Below are positions 16,438 to 24,236 of a DNA stretch of 64,000 bases, piece after piece. Positions within the stretch are counted from its first letter, which is position 1, and each line of letters starts with the position of its first letter. Both the position numbers and the translations under genes were made by a program. The notes beneath the pieces are model-generated. The model did no database searches and was not told where the DNA came from. It worked only from the letters and a program-made list of their open reading frames with translations. The DNA comes from Eggerthellaceae bacterium (GTDB lineage: Bacteria > Actinomycetota > Coriobacteriia > Coriobacteriales > Eggerthellaceae), in NCBI GenBank assembly GCA_022644775.1, contig JALCHN010000005.1:5920-69919 (forward strand). Reading direction: 5' to 3'.

Positions 16438-17127
16438 TTAATCGATCTGCGGGGTGCCCTTCTTCGCCGCCGCGACCGCTTCGTTATAGGCGTCTTCGGC
16501 CGAAATCTGCTCGCCGGCCGCCAGACGCTCGCGCCAGTTGGCTCGCACGCAGGCCTCGAAGATGGGGCGGCGATCGCGCTGGCTGGTGGTCACACGGTCC
16601 TTCACCATCGTGCGCACGCAGGCCATAAGGTCGAGATAGGCTTCCCAACTATCGTCGAACTGGTCTTCGAGCGAACGGCGGATGAGCTTCGATTCGGTGC
16701 AGGATGCGCCCGACGTCGACACGGCGATCGAAAGCAGGCCGCGGCGCAGGATGGAAGGAACGACGAAATCGCAGTACTTGGGCACGTCGACCACGTTCAT
16801 CAGGCAGCCGGTCGCGCGCGCTTCCTCGAACACGCGGGCGTCGGTGGCCGCGTCGCCGCAGGCGCAGAAGCCGATCGAGGCCCCTGCCAGGTCGCCGGGC
16901 TCGAAAACGCGGCGCTTCCAGACGATGTCGCCCGCTTCGGCATGGGCGGCGATTGAATCGCTCGCTTCGGGCGAGATCACGGTGACGGCGGCGCCGTAGC
17001 CGAGCAGGGTGTCGACCTTGCGCGTGGCGACGGAGCCCCCGCCGATCACGACGACGGGGCGATCTTTCATGTCCAGGAAAATAGGGTAGCCGGCGCGGTA
17101 GTCCGCGTGCGTCTGCATGTCGGGCAT
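16438..17127 (-). CDS. sirC: precorrin-2 dehydrogenase / sirohydrochlorin ferrochelatase (SirC / CysG N-domain / Met8-like)
   Basis: 229 aa with the Rossmann motif VVVIGGGSVATRKVDTLL. It is the first gene of the haem operon. Confidence 0.8.
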   Translation of the reverse strand: MPDMQTHADYRAGYPIFLDMKDRPVVVIGGGSVATRKVDTLLGYGAAVTVISPEASDSIAAHAEAGDIVWKRRVFEPGDLAGASIGFCACGDAATDARVFEEARATGCLMNVVDVPKYCDFVVPSILRRGLLSIAVSTSGASCTESKLIRRSLEDQFDDSWEAYLDLMACVRTMVKDRVTTSQRDRRPIFEACVRANWRERLAAGEQISAEDAYNEAVAAAKKGTPQID

Positions 17128-17303
17128 GATCCACCTCTCAAGAACTTCTCCCAGCGCCTTTGCCTGCGCAAAAGCTCAAAAGAAGATACGACAACATGGA
17201 CGAAATAAGGCGAAAAAAAGGACGTTTCTAGACGGGTGCAGGGAAAAGTACTACGCAGGGATACGCGAGATACACCGCACGCGGTAGCACACGGCCCTTG
17301 CGC

Positions 17304-18251
17304 TTAAGCGCCGGTTGTGCTGCTCGACGAAGAGCTCGAAGACGAAGAGGACGACGCGATGCTCGCGGCCTTTTCCGCGTTCGGGGTGAGGGCGTAGCCG
17401 GACAGGTCGATCGTGTCGCCGAGCCACTTCTGCTCGATAACGTCGATCGTGCCGTTCTGAGAAATGGTGCTCAGGGCGTTCGAAACGGCCGTCTGCAGAT
17501 CGGCGTTGCTCTTGCCCACTCCGATGCGGTAACCGTCGACCTTCTGCATGAGACCGACGATACGGGCGTCGGCGCCCATCGAGTGGCTGACGTAGGTGCC
17601 CACGATGGCGTCGGAGGCCACGTAGTTCACCTGGCCTCCCACGAGGTCGGTGAACGCCGACTTCAGGTCGGAGGCCGACTTGAGCTGGGTGTCACCGTAC
17701 TGGTTGGACACCTCCCATGCGCTCATCGAAGCCGATTGGGCCTCGATCTGCTCTCCCTTGGAAGGAAGGCCGGTCGCGTCGATCGAGAAGAGGGCGACTG
17801 CGGTGGGCAGGTAGGCGTTGGTGACGGCCGTGGTAGACGAGGCGTCGTCGGAAGAGAGCCCCATCACGATGTCGACAGAGCCGTCCTTCAGGGCCCCTTC
17901 GGCGTCGGCGCCCACATCGACCAGCTGGAGGTCGAGGCCCATCTGGGTAGCGAGGGCGGCTGCCACATCAACGTCGATGCCAGCGAGCTTTCCGTTCGCC
18001 TGAGTGGAGAAAGGAGCGTTCGACGAGCTCACGCCCACGCGCAAAACGCCGTCCTCGCCGATCGTGGGCGACGACACGACGGCCGCGTTCTTCTGCGGGG
18101 TGTACGCCTCCTGCTGCGACCCGATGCCCAACTGCTGCAACTGGCTGCAGCCCGTCAGGCAGGCAACCAACGCGCACATTGCGAACACGAGAACGGCAAG
18201 TGACGTACGACGCTTCATAGACTCTCCCTTTTCCTGCGTTTGCTTCTCCAT
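17304..18251 (-). CDS. ABC-transporter substrate-binding lipoprotein (amino-acid binding, family 3) with a C-terminal poly-Ser tail
   Basis: Has a signal peptide plus lipobox (LVACLTGCS) and a PBP type 2 domain. It ends in SSSSSSSSSSSSTTGA. The likely start is the ATG at 18218 (MKRRTS). There are no permease or ATPase genes nearby. Confidence 0.8.
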   Translation of the reverse strand: MEKQTQEKGESMKRRTSLAVLVFAMCALVACLTGCSQLQQLGIGSQQEAYTPQKNAAVVSSPTIGEDGVLRVGVSSSNAPFSTQANGKLAGIDVDVAAALATQMGLDLQLVDVGADAEGALKDGSVDIVMGLSSDDASSTTAVTNAYLPTAVALFSIDATGLPSKGEQIEAQSASMSAWEVSNQYGDTQLKSASDLKSAFTDLVGGQVNYVASDAIVGTYVSHSMGADARIVGLMQKVDGYRIGVGKSNADLQTAVSNALSTISQNGTIDVIEQKWLGDTIDLSGYALTPNAEKAASIASSSSSSSSSSSSTTGA

Positions 18252-18576
18252 CGCTTTGCGGCTGACCTAGTCTTCGCCCCCACACTCGCGCACCGGGGTT
18301 GAGCTCTCACCATCGCCCTCTCGCCCGTGCGGCCGGGTGCCGCAAATCGACGGACGGTGCGTCTTACATCTAGAATGCGCCGTGCTCACCTGCGCGCGGC
18401 ATGCGCCCGCGCAATGGCTTACGTGGATCCTTTTGACCGCATCTGCCTTGGAATAGGGGGTCTGTCGACCCCTGCAACTACAGCCCGCAAAAGCATTTTG
18501 GAATTCTAGCAGACTCGCGGGGCGGCGCTTCCCGATTGCTCAATATCAACACCCTTGGAAGCGCCTCGCCCCGGGG

Positions 18577-18767
18577 GGGCGAGCGGGCGCTGGGGGCGCC
18601 GGCTCGCGCTTGCCCCGCGTCGAAGCGCGCTTCGGGGCGCGCCGATGGGTCGGGGCGGGCGTCACCTCATGCCCCGGGCGTAGGACCGACAGGTCTGACA
18701 TGGCGCGCCCTCTCACGCGCGCTTCTTTGGCGGGGCGCTCGACGGCGCCCCCAGCGCCCGCCCGCCC
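18577..18767 (+). repeat. dispersed structured element, copy 1 (conserved ~155-nt core inside a 24-nt self-complementary arm pair)
   Basis: The core 18595..18749 matches 22236..22390 at the same length and high identity. The arms gggcgagcgggcgctgggggcgcc and ggcgcccccagcgcccgcccgccc are complementary at 23 of 24 positions. The strand call comes from a G:U pair seen in copy 2. Confidence 0.6.
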
Positions 18768-18911
18768 CCGGCAGGAGTGTGTTCCGGGTTTGGATGTCGT
18801 TCAGGTTGAAGCCGCCGCGAGAATGGGAGGTTCACGTGCTTGGGGCTCGTGGCGGGGACGCCAGGTTTGGGGTGCGGGGGTGGTGGTTGCGACCGCTTGG
18901 GGATGGGGGAC

Positions 18912-19064
18912 GGGGCGAGGCGCTGCGCTGTCGCCCCTGCTAGGGGTTGGATCGTGCTTGGGCGGCGGGCGAGGCGCTTCGCTGTCGCCCTTGATGCTGG
19001 GTGCGCCGGTGGTCGCGGCTGAATTCTGCACGCTTGGCGGGGCGACGCGCTTCGCTTTCGCCCC
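18912..19064. repeat. three REP-like GC hairpin units
   Basis: Three units are present: ggggcga-N12-tcgcccc (18912-18937), gggcga-N12-tcgccc (18967-18990) and ggggcga-N12-tcgcccc (19039-19064). Their loop sequences are near-identical (ggcgct[g/t]cgct[g/t]). Confidence 0.55.
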
Positions 19065-19102
19065 TGGGGGCGGTTGCTGGAGTGGCGCTTCCGTCCTGCT
19101 CG

Positions 19103-19873
19103 CTAGTAGACGCGGGCGAAGGTGGCGGCCCAGATGCGGCGGTCGGAATCGGCGCGGAGGGCTTGGGCGGCCGAATAGAGGGTCGCGCCGGTGGTGAAGA
19201 CGTCGTCGACGACGATGACGGAATCGTAGAGCGCAAGACGGGCGCGGGAAGCGGGGCTTTCGGTGAGCGAGAGGGCCTTGGCCATGTTGGCGAAACGGTC
19301 GGCGCGGCCCAGTTCGCGCTGGTCGTGGGCGCGCGGCTCGCCAAGCGCATCGACTAGAGGCAGGTCGAGCAGGCCAGCCGTCGCCGCAGCGAGCTCGCGG
19401 CCGTGGTCGTAACCGCGGCGCAGGCGGGCTTTGGCGGAATCGGGAATGAACGTCACGCACGACGCGCGCGCCCATTCGGGCGGCAGGGCCGACGCAATGT
19501 AGTAGGCCATCCAATCGGCCAGGCGCCGCTCGCCGGCATCTTTGTTGAGGCGCACGATGCGGGCGGCGGCGTCGTCGAAGAGCACCGCACTCACGCACCC
19601 CTCGAAGGGCGGCTTCGCGAAACCGGTCCCTTCCATGCTGAGCGCGTTGCATTCGGTGCATTCGCGCAAGCCCCATGGAGCGCCGCAACGCGGGCAAGCG
19701 CGCCACTGGTCGATGAAAGCCAAGGCGCGCCTGCAGCGTGCGCAGAGCACCGAACCGGGGCTTCCGCACACGGCGCAGCGCGTGGGCCAGAGCGTTTCGG
19801 CTGCGAGTTCGCCCAACGCCGCTGCGTAGGCAGGTCCCCTGCCCAGAAATTCGTGCAAATGCGGTGAGCCCAT
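19103..19873 (-). CDS. comF: ComF family protein (amidophosphoribosyltransferase-like, ComFC)
   Basis: Has an N-terminal 4-Cys zinc finger (CAVCGSP...CARC, CPRCG...CTEC) and the PRTase motif VIVVDDVFTTGATL. The track ORF 19103..20182 is trimmed to the ATG at 19873 (MGSPHLHEF) on length grounds. Confidence 0.75.
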   Translation of the reverse strand: MGSPHLHEFLGRGPAYAAALGELAAETLWPTRCAVCGSPGSVLCARCRRALAFIDQWRACPRCGAPWGLRECTECNALSMEGTGFAKPPFEGCVSAVLFDDAAARIVRLNKDAGERRLADWMAYYIASALPPEWARASCVTFIPDSAKARLRRGYDHGRELAAATAGLLDLPLVDALGEPRAHDQRELGRADRFANMAKALSLTESPASRARLALYDSVIVVDDVFTTGATLYSAAQALRADSDRRIWAATFARVY

Positions 19874-20252
19874 CCAGGACGATTGCGCACAGTCCCCCAC
19901 TGCAATCGGTCCCCCTAAAACATCGTCTGCACACCACCTTTGCTGTGCCCAATCTAGCTGCCGAACCTCGCAGGGAGCTACGAGAATCCCCGCAGCACGA
20001 GCGCAGAAGGCACCCGAAACGCACGCGAAAACGGCGCAAGACGTTCGCCCGATACGGGGCGCATCGGGTGCCAAAAGGGCGCGACAATTGCAGGTCCGCG
20101 CACCAGGGCGAAAACGCGGCGGCAGCGGGGGCCGGCGCATCGGTTGCGCGCATGGCGCAGTAACCCAACAGAATCCTTCCACACGCGAAACGAGCGGCCC
20201 GGCGCCATGCGCCGAACCGCTCGCAGATGAACCGATGTTCGAAGGCCCGCGC

Positions 20253-21581
20253 CTAGCGCAGCGCGACCTCTTCCTTGTCGTGGGACTGAGCCGTGGCGTA
20301 CTCGCTCACGTTCACGGCGATGTTGTGCTTGATCGGCTTCCATTCCGGCTTCATGAACAGGGCCGCGATCGCGATGGGGATGTAGGTGATCATGAACAGC
20401 GGGAAGGTGAACATGTACTTCACCTTGTTCGAAGACGTCGTGTGGATGTTGTCCCATTCGGTGAAGGTGGTGAGCACGCCGAACAGGAACATGAACAGCA
20501 TGTAGTTGACCAGGCAGAACACGATAGAGCTCGCGCTCGAGGCGATCATCTGGCCGGTGGACATGAGGCCCATCGACGCCATGACCAGGATGATGGCGTT
20601 GAAGATGATCGACACGATGGTGAGCAGCATGCCCGGGGCGATGGTCATGAGCATGTCGTAGCAGGCGAACTTGTAGCCCTTCTTCGACGTGAACATGCCC
20701 TTCACCAGGCGCATGCCGTACTTGCCGAAGACCTGGTAGAAGCCCTTGGCCCAACGTTCGCGCTGGTTCCAGGAATCGCGGAAGGTGGTGGGCTGCTCGT
20801 CGTAGAGCACGGCGTCGGGGCAGTAGGCGATGCGGCCGCCCTCGCAGATCGTGCTCGTGGAGAACTCGATGTCCTCGGTGAGCAGGTGCCACTTCCAGCC
20901 GCCGGCCTTTTCGAGCACCGGAGCGGCGATGAAGAAGCCCGTGCCCGACACGGCGCAGCTCGTGTTGAGCGTGAGGCGCGACTGGTTGAGGTACTTTGCC
21001 TCGCGCAGGAACCACACGCCGTAGCCGGCCGAGATCCAGTTGCTGTCGAAATTCTTGGAGTTGCGGTAGCTCGTGGAGGCGATGGCGCCCGAATCGAAGG
21101 TGTTGTTCATCTCGCGGAAGTAGTTCACGTCGAGCACGTTGTCGGCGTCGAAGACGAAATAGGCCTCGTAGCCCTTATCGCCGTAGTAGCGCTGGATGAG
21201 CTTGTAGCCGTAGTCGAGGGCGTAGCCCTTCCCCACCTGCTCGTGGTTCTCGCGCTCGAAGACGTGGGCGCCTGCCGCGCGGGCGATTTCGGCGGTGTCG
21301 TCGGTGCAATTGTCGGCGATCACGAAGATGTCGATGAGCTCCTGGGGATAGTTCTGCACCTGGATGCTGTGGATGAGGTCGCCGATGACCGCGCGCTCGT
21401 TGCGCGCCGATACGAGCACGGCGAAGCGATGGTTGATTTTCGCGATGTGTTTGGGGGGCTTGCGCGTGAGGGTGACGAGGACGTAGCCAAGCTGATAGGC
21501 GTAGCAGAGGGTGAAAGTGAGAAATACGCAGAAGTTGAAGATATCGACGAACGATAACTCTGAGAACAACTGGTCGAACAC
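20253..21581 (-). CDS. membrane-embedded processive family 2 glycosyltransferase (D,D,D,Q-x-x-RW type; PgaC/IcaA/cellulose-synthase-like)
   Basis: Motifs present are IADNCTDDT, VFDADN, TEDIEF and NQRERWAKG. It has one N-terminal and about four C-terminal TM helices. The start is the GTG at 21581, with AAAGGAG 5 nt upstream (the track ORF extends to 21716). Confidence 0.8.
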   Translation of the reverse strand: MFDQLFSELSFVDIFNFCVFLTFTLCYAYQLGYVLVTLTRKPPKHIAKINHRFAVLVSARNERAVIGDLIHSIQVQNYPQELIDIFVIADNCTDDTAEIARAAGAHVFERENHEQVGKGYALDYGYKLIQRYYGDKGYEAYFVFDADNVLDVNYFREMNNTFDSGAIASTSYRNSKNFDSNWISAGYGVWFLREAKYLNQSRLTLNTSCAVSGTGFFIAAPVLEKAGGWKWHLLTEDIEFSTSTICEGGRIAYCPDAVLYDEQPTTFRDSWNQRERWAKGFYQVFGKYGMRLVKGMFTSKKGYKFACYDMLMTIAPGMLLTIVSIIFNAIILVMASMGLMSTGQMIASSASSIVFCLVNYMLFMFLFGVLTTFTEWDNIHTTSSNKVKYMFTFPLFMITYIPIAIAALFMKPEWKPIKHNIAVNVSEYATAQSHDKEEVALR

Positions 21582-21938
21582 GAATGCTCCTTTGTCGGTT
21601 TTCACACCAACCCGCCGCAGCTTTCGGGGACGGGCCCCGCGTGGGCAGCCGGATGGCCGGTAGGCGGAATTTCCGAAATCGCATGAGACGAGAACGGCTT
21701 CGTTCCGCAAACGCACCGATTATAGGGACTTGTAGGGAAAAACGCTATCTGAATAGGCGGTATTGGCTCGAAAGCGTCAAAATCCGAGCCGAATTCCAAC
21801 GCGCGCGCACCAATGCTGCACAGGGCCTCCACAGTTGGGCGCCGGCCAACCGCCTGGTAACGAAGCCCCCGCTCAGGGCGCAATTTGCTACCTGGGGCGT
21901 ATCATAGGGCCATACGGACCCTATCGAAAGGATGAACC

Positions 21939-22178
21939 ATGGCCGCATTCGATTCCATGACCCTCTACGTGCTCCCCGGCTGCCCCTTCTGCGCCAAGGT
22001 CGACCGTTTCCTCGACGAAAACGGCATTTCGATCGAGCACAAGAGCGTGACCGACCCCGCCAACGCCGCCGTTGTGCGCGAGCTGGGCGGCAAGGTGCAG
22101 TCGCCGTGCTTAGTGGAAGACGGGAAGGCGATGTACGAATCCGACGACATCATCGCCTACCTGCGCTCGCTGCTGTAA
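21939..22178 (+). CDS. glutaredoxin-family small redox protein
   Basis: 79 aa with the CPFC active site (LPGCPFCAKV) and a thioredoxin fold length. AAAGGA lies upstream of the ATG. Confidence 0.85.
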   Translation: MAAFDSMTLYVLPGCPFCAKVDRFLDENGISIEHKSVTDPANAAVVRELGGKVQSPCLVEDGKAMYESDDIIAYLRSLL

Positions 22179-22210
22179 GCCGCTGCGGAATTCCGCCTGC
22201 CAATCGCCGG

Positions 22211-22415
22211 GCCGCAGGCGGGCAGGGGCAGCTTCGGCGCCGACTCGCGCACATCCCGCGTCGAAGCACGCTTCAGGGCGCGCCGATGGGTCGGGGCGGG
22301 CGTCACCTCATGCCCCGGACGTAGGACCGACAGGTCTTACCAGGCGTGCCCCTTCACGCGCGCTTCTTTGGCGGGGCGCCAGGCGGCGCCTGCGCTGCCC
22401 CTGCCCGCCTGCGGC
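22211..22415 (+). repeat. dispersed structured element, copy 2 (same core, different perfect 22-nt arms)
   Basis: The arms gccgcaggcgggcaggggcagc (22211-22232) and gctgcccctgcccgcctgcggc (22394-22415) are perfect reverse complements. The core 22236..22390 matches copy 1. Bases were confirmed against the track translations on both strands. Confidence 0.6.
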
Positions 22416-22572
22416 TGGGAGTGGGTGCCGGTTGCATGTACCGGTTGCGACAGCGCTCGTTCGTCGCGCTTCGCGCGGCGAACAACGCTTTCCGATTGAA
22501 GTACGTGCCTTGGTTGTGAGTGCTGGGGTAGAAAAATGGAAAGGCCTCCCGTTGGGAGGCCTTGTTTTGTAA

Positions 22573-22646
22573 TGGAGCGGGTGACGGGAATCGAACCCGC
22601 GTTACCAGCTTGGAAGGCTGGAGTTCTACCATTGAACCACACCCGC
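22573..22646 (-). tRNA. tRNA-Gly (anticodon UCC)
   Basis: Minus strand reads GCGGGTGTGGTTCAATGGTAGAACTCCAGCCTTCCAAGCTGGTAACGCGGGTTCGATTCCCGTCACCCGCTCCA. It forms a clean cloverleaf with loop CTTCCAA. Confidence 0.93.
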
Positions 22647-22669
22647 ATGGTGGGCGCTCGAGCAAAAAG

Positions 22670-22746
22670 TGGTCGGGACGACAGGATTTGAACCTGCGAC
22701 ATCCTGCTCCCAAAGCAGGCGCGCTACCAAACTGCGCCACGTCCCG
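22670..22746 (-). tRNA. tRNA-Pro (anticodon UGG)
   Basis: Minus strand reads CGGGACGTGGCGCAGTTTGGTAGCGCGCCTGCTTTGGGAGCAGGATGTCGCAGGTTCAAATCCTGTCGTCCCGACCA. It forms a clean cloverleaf with loop TTTGGGA. Confidence 0.93.
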
Positions 22747-22789
22747 CTCGAACAAGCTTCGTTAGTATAGCAAAGATTTGCCCGCGAGC

Positions 22790-23398
22790 CTAATGGGCAG
22801 TCGCCTGAATCTTCTCGCGCAGGGCGCGCAGGGCGTTTCCGCGATGCGACACGGCGTTCTTTTCGGAGGCGGGCACCTGCGCAAGCGTCACCTTCCCGCC
22901 GAACACGTCGGGAACGAAGAGGGGATCGTAGCCGAAGCCGTTCTCCCCCGCCGGTTCATGTCCGATGCGGCCTTCGATCGTGCCGCGGGCCGTCGTTTCG
23001 GTCCCGTCTTCGTCGATGAAGACGAGCGCGCACACGAAACGGGCCGTGCGCGCTTCGTCGGGCACCCCGGAAAGCTCGCGCAGAAGCTTCGCGTTGTTGG
23101 CGGCATCGTCGCCGTGCGTCCCCGCATAGCGCGCAGACAGCACGCCGGGCGCCCCGTCGAGCGCGTCCACTTCGAGCCCCGAATCGTCGGCGAGCACCGC
23201 GCCACCCGTAATGGCATGGGCCGCCCGCGCCTTGATCCGCGCGTTGCCCACGAAGGTGTCGGCGTCCTCTTCGGGATCGGAATCGACCCCGGCCTCGCGC
23301 AAGGTCTGGAAGGTCCAGCCCTCGAAATCGAGCGCCGACTCTATTTCCGAGACCTTATGGGCATTGTTGCTCGCGATCACCACGTTCTTCATCGGCAT
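22790..23398 (-). CDS. rdgB: non-canonical purine NTP pyrophosphatase (dITP/XTP pyrophosphatase, RdgB/HAM1)
   Basis: 202 aa with VIASNNAHKVSEI, GAPGVLSARYAG and FGYDPLF motifs. Confidence 0.9.
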   Translation of the reverse strand: MPMKNVVIASNNAHKVSEIESALDFEGWTFQTLREAGVDSDPEEDADTFVGNARIKARAAHAITGGAVLADDSGLEVDALDGAPGVLSARYAGTHGDDAANNAKLLRELSGVPDEARTARFVCALVFIDEDGTETTARGTIEGRIGHEPAGENGFGYDPLFVPDVFGGKVTLAQVPASEKNAVSHRGNALRALREKIQATAH

Positions 23399-23497
23399 CC
23401 TCCGATCAGCTGGGGCTTTCCCGCCCGTTTTCCATGCCCCCAGTATAGAGCCACGCGTTTGCTACACTCGGAATGCACATCGATAAAGGAGGCGGAC

Positions 23498-24127
23498 ATG
23501 GAAGTCCTGCTGCTGAACGGGAGCCCGCACGTGCACGGATGCACGGCGCGCGCCTTGGAGGAAATGAAGAAGGAATTTGCGGAAAACGGCGTCGAGGTCA
23601 CCGAGCTGCGCGTGGGCAACTCCCCCGTGCGCGGCTGCATCGCCTGCCATTCCTGCGCGAAGTCGCCCGAGCACCACTGCGTGTTCAGCGACGACGTCAC
23701 CGACCAGGTCATTGACGCCGCGATTCGCGCCGACGGCATCGTCGTGGGAAGCCCCGTCTACTACGCCGGCCCCAACGGCGCGCTCACGGCCGTGCTCGAC
23801 CGCACCTTCTACGCGGCCGGCCGCCAGCTCGCCTTCAAGCCGGCCGCCTCGATCTGCTCGGCCCGCCGCGCCGGCACCACCGCAACCCTCGAGGCGATCA
23901 ACAAGTACTTCCTCATGAGCAACATGTTCGTCGTGGGCTCGTCTTACTGGGCCATGGTGCACGGCAACACCGCCGAAGAGGTCGAACAGGACAAGGAAGG
24001 CCTGCAGACCATGCGCAACCTGGCCCGCAACATGACCTGGGCCATGGACTGTTTCAGCGCAGGCGAAGGCGTGGGCTTCGACAAGCCCTTCGTCGAGCGC
24101 TCGGCGCAGACGAACTTCATCCGCTAG
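23498..24127 (+). CDS. iron-sulfur flavoprotein / NADPH-dependent FMN reductase family
   Basis: The real start is the ATG at 23498 after AAAGGAGG (MEVLLLNGSPHVHGCT). It has the compact Cys motif CIACHSC-x7-C typical of Isf-type flavoproteins. The upstream part of track ORF 22778..24127 is antisense to rdgB. Confidence 0.8.
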   Translation: MEVLLLNGSPHVHGCTARALEEMKKEFAENGVEVTELRVGNSPVRGCIACHSCAKSPEHHCVFSDDVTDQVIDAAIRADGIVVGSPVYYAGPNGALTAVLDRTFYAAGRQLAFKPAASICSARRAGTTATLEAINKYFLMSNMFVVGSSYWAMVHGNTAEEVEQDKEGLQTMRNLARNMTWAMDCFSAGEGVGFDKPFVERSAQTNFIR

Positions 24128-24157
24128 GCGCGCCCGCTCGCATTACGCACCCAACAA

Positions 24158-24191
24158 GCAGGGACCCGAGGCGCAAGCCCCGGGTCCCTGC
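24158..24191. terminator. GC hairpin between convergent genes (terminator-like, weak T runs)
   Basis: The stem is gcagggacccg ... cgggtccctgc (11 bp), lying between the flavoprotein (+) and the cytochrome (-). Confidence 0.5.
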
Positions 24192-24236
24192 TTCATACAC
24201 GGCTCACGCGCACCGCGCGTCCAGCTGCAACCGCCG

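Noticed and set aside
18536-18943. Small plus-strand ORFs across the dispersed element (135 aa and 195 aa here, 130 aa at 21932..22324). These might be a conserved small protein.
   Set aside because: The frame is not preserved between the two copies; copy 2 has a TAG where copy 1 is open. The similarity is at nucleotide and structure level. The composition is Arg/Gly/Ala/Pro-rich.
18801-20168. A 455-aa minus-strand ORF spanning the repeat-rich spacer and comF.
   Set aside because: It is out of frame with comF, has Arg/Pro/Ala-rich composition, and runs through the REP-like hairpins. It has no motif support.
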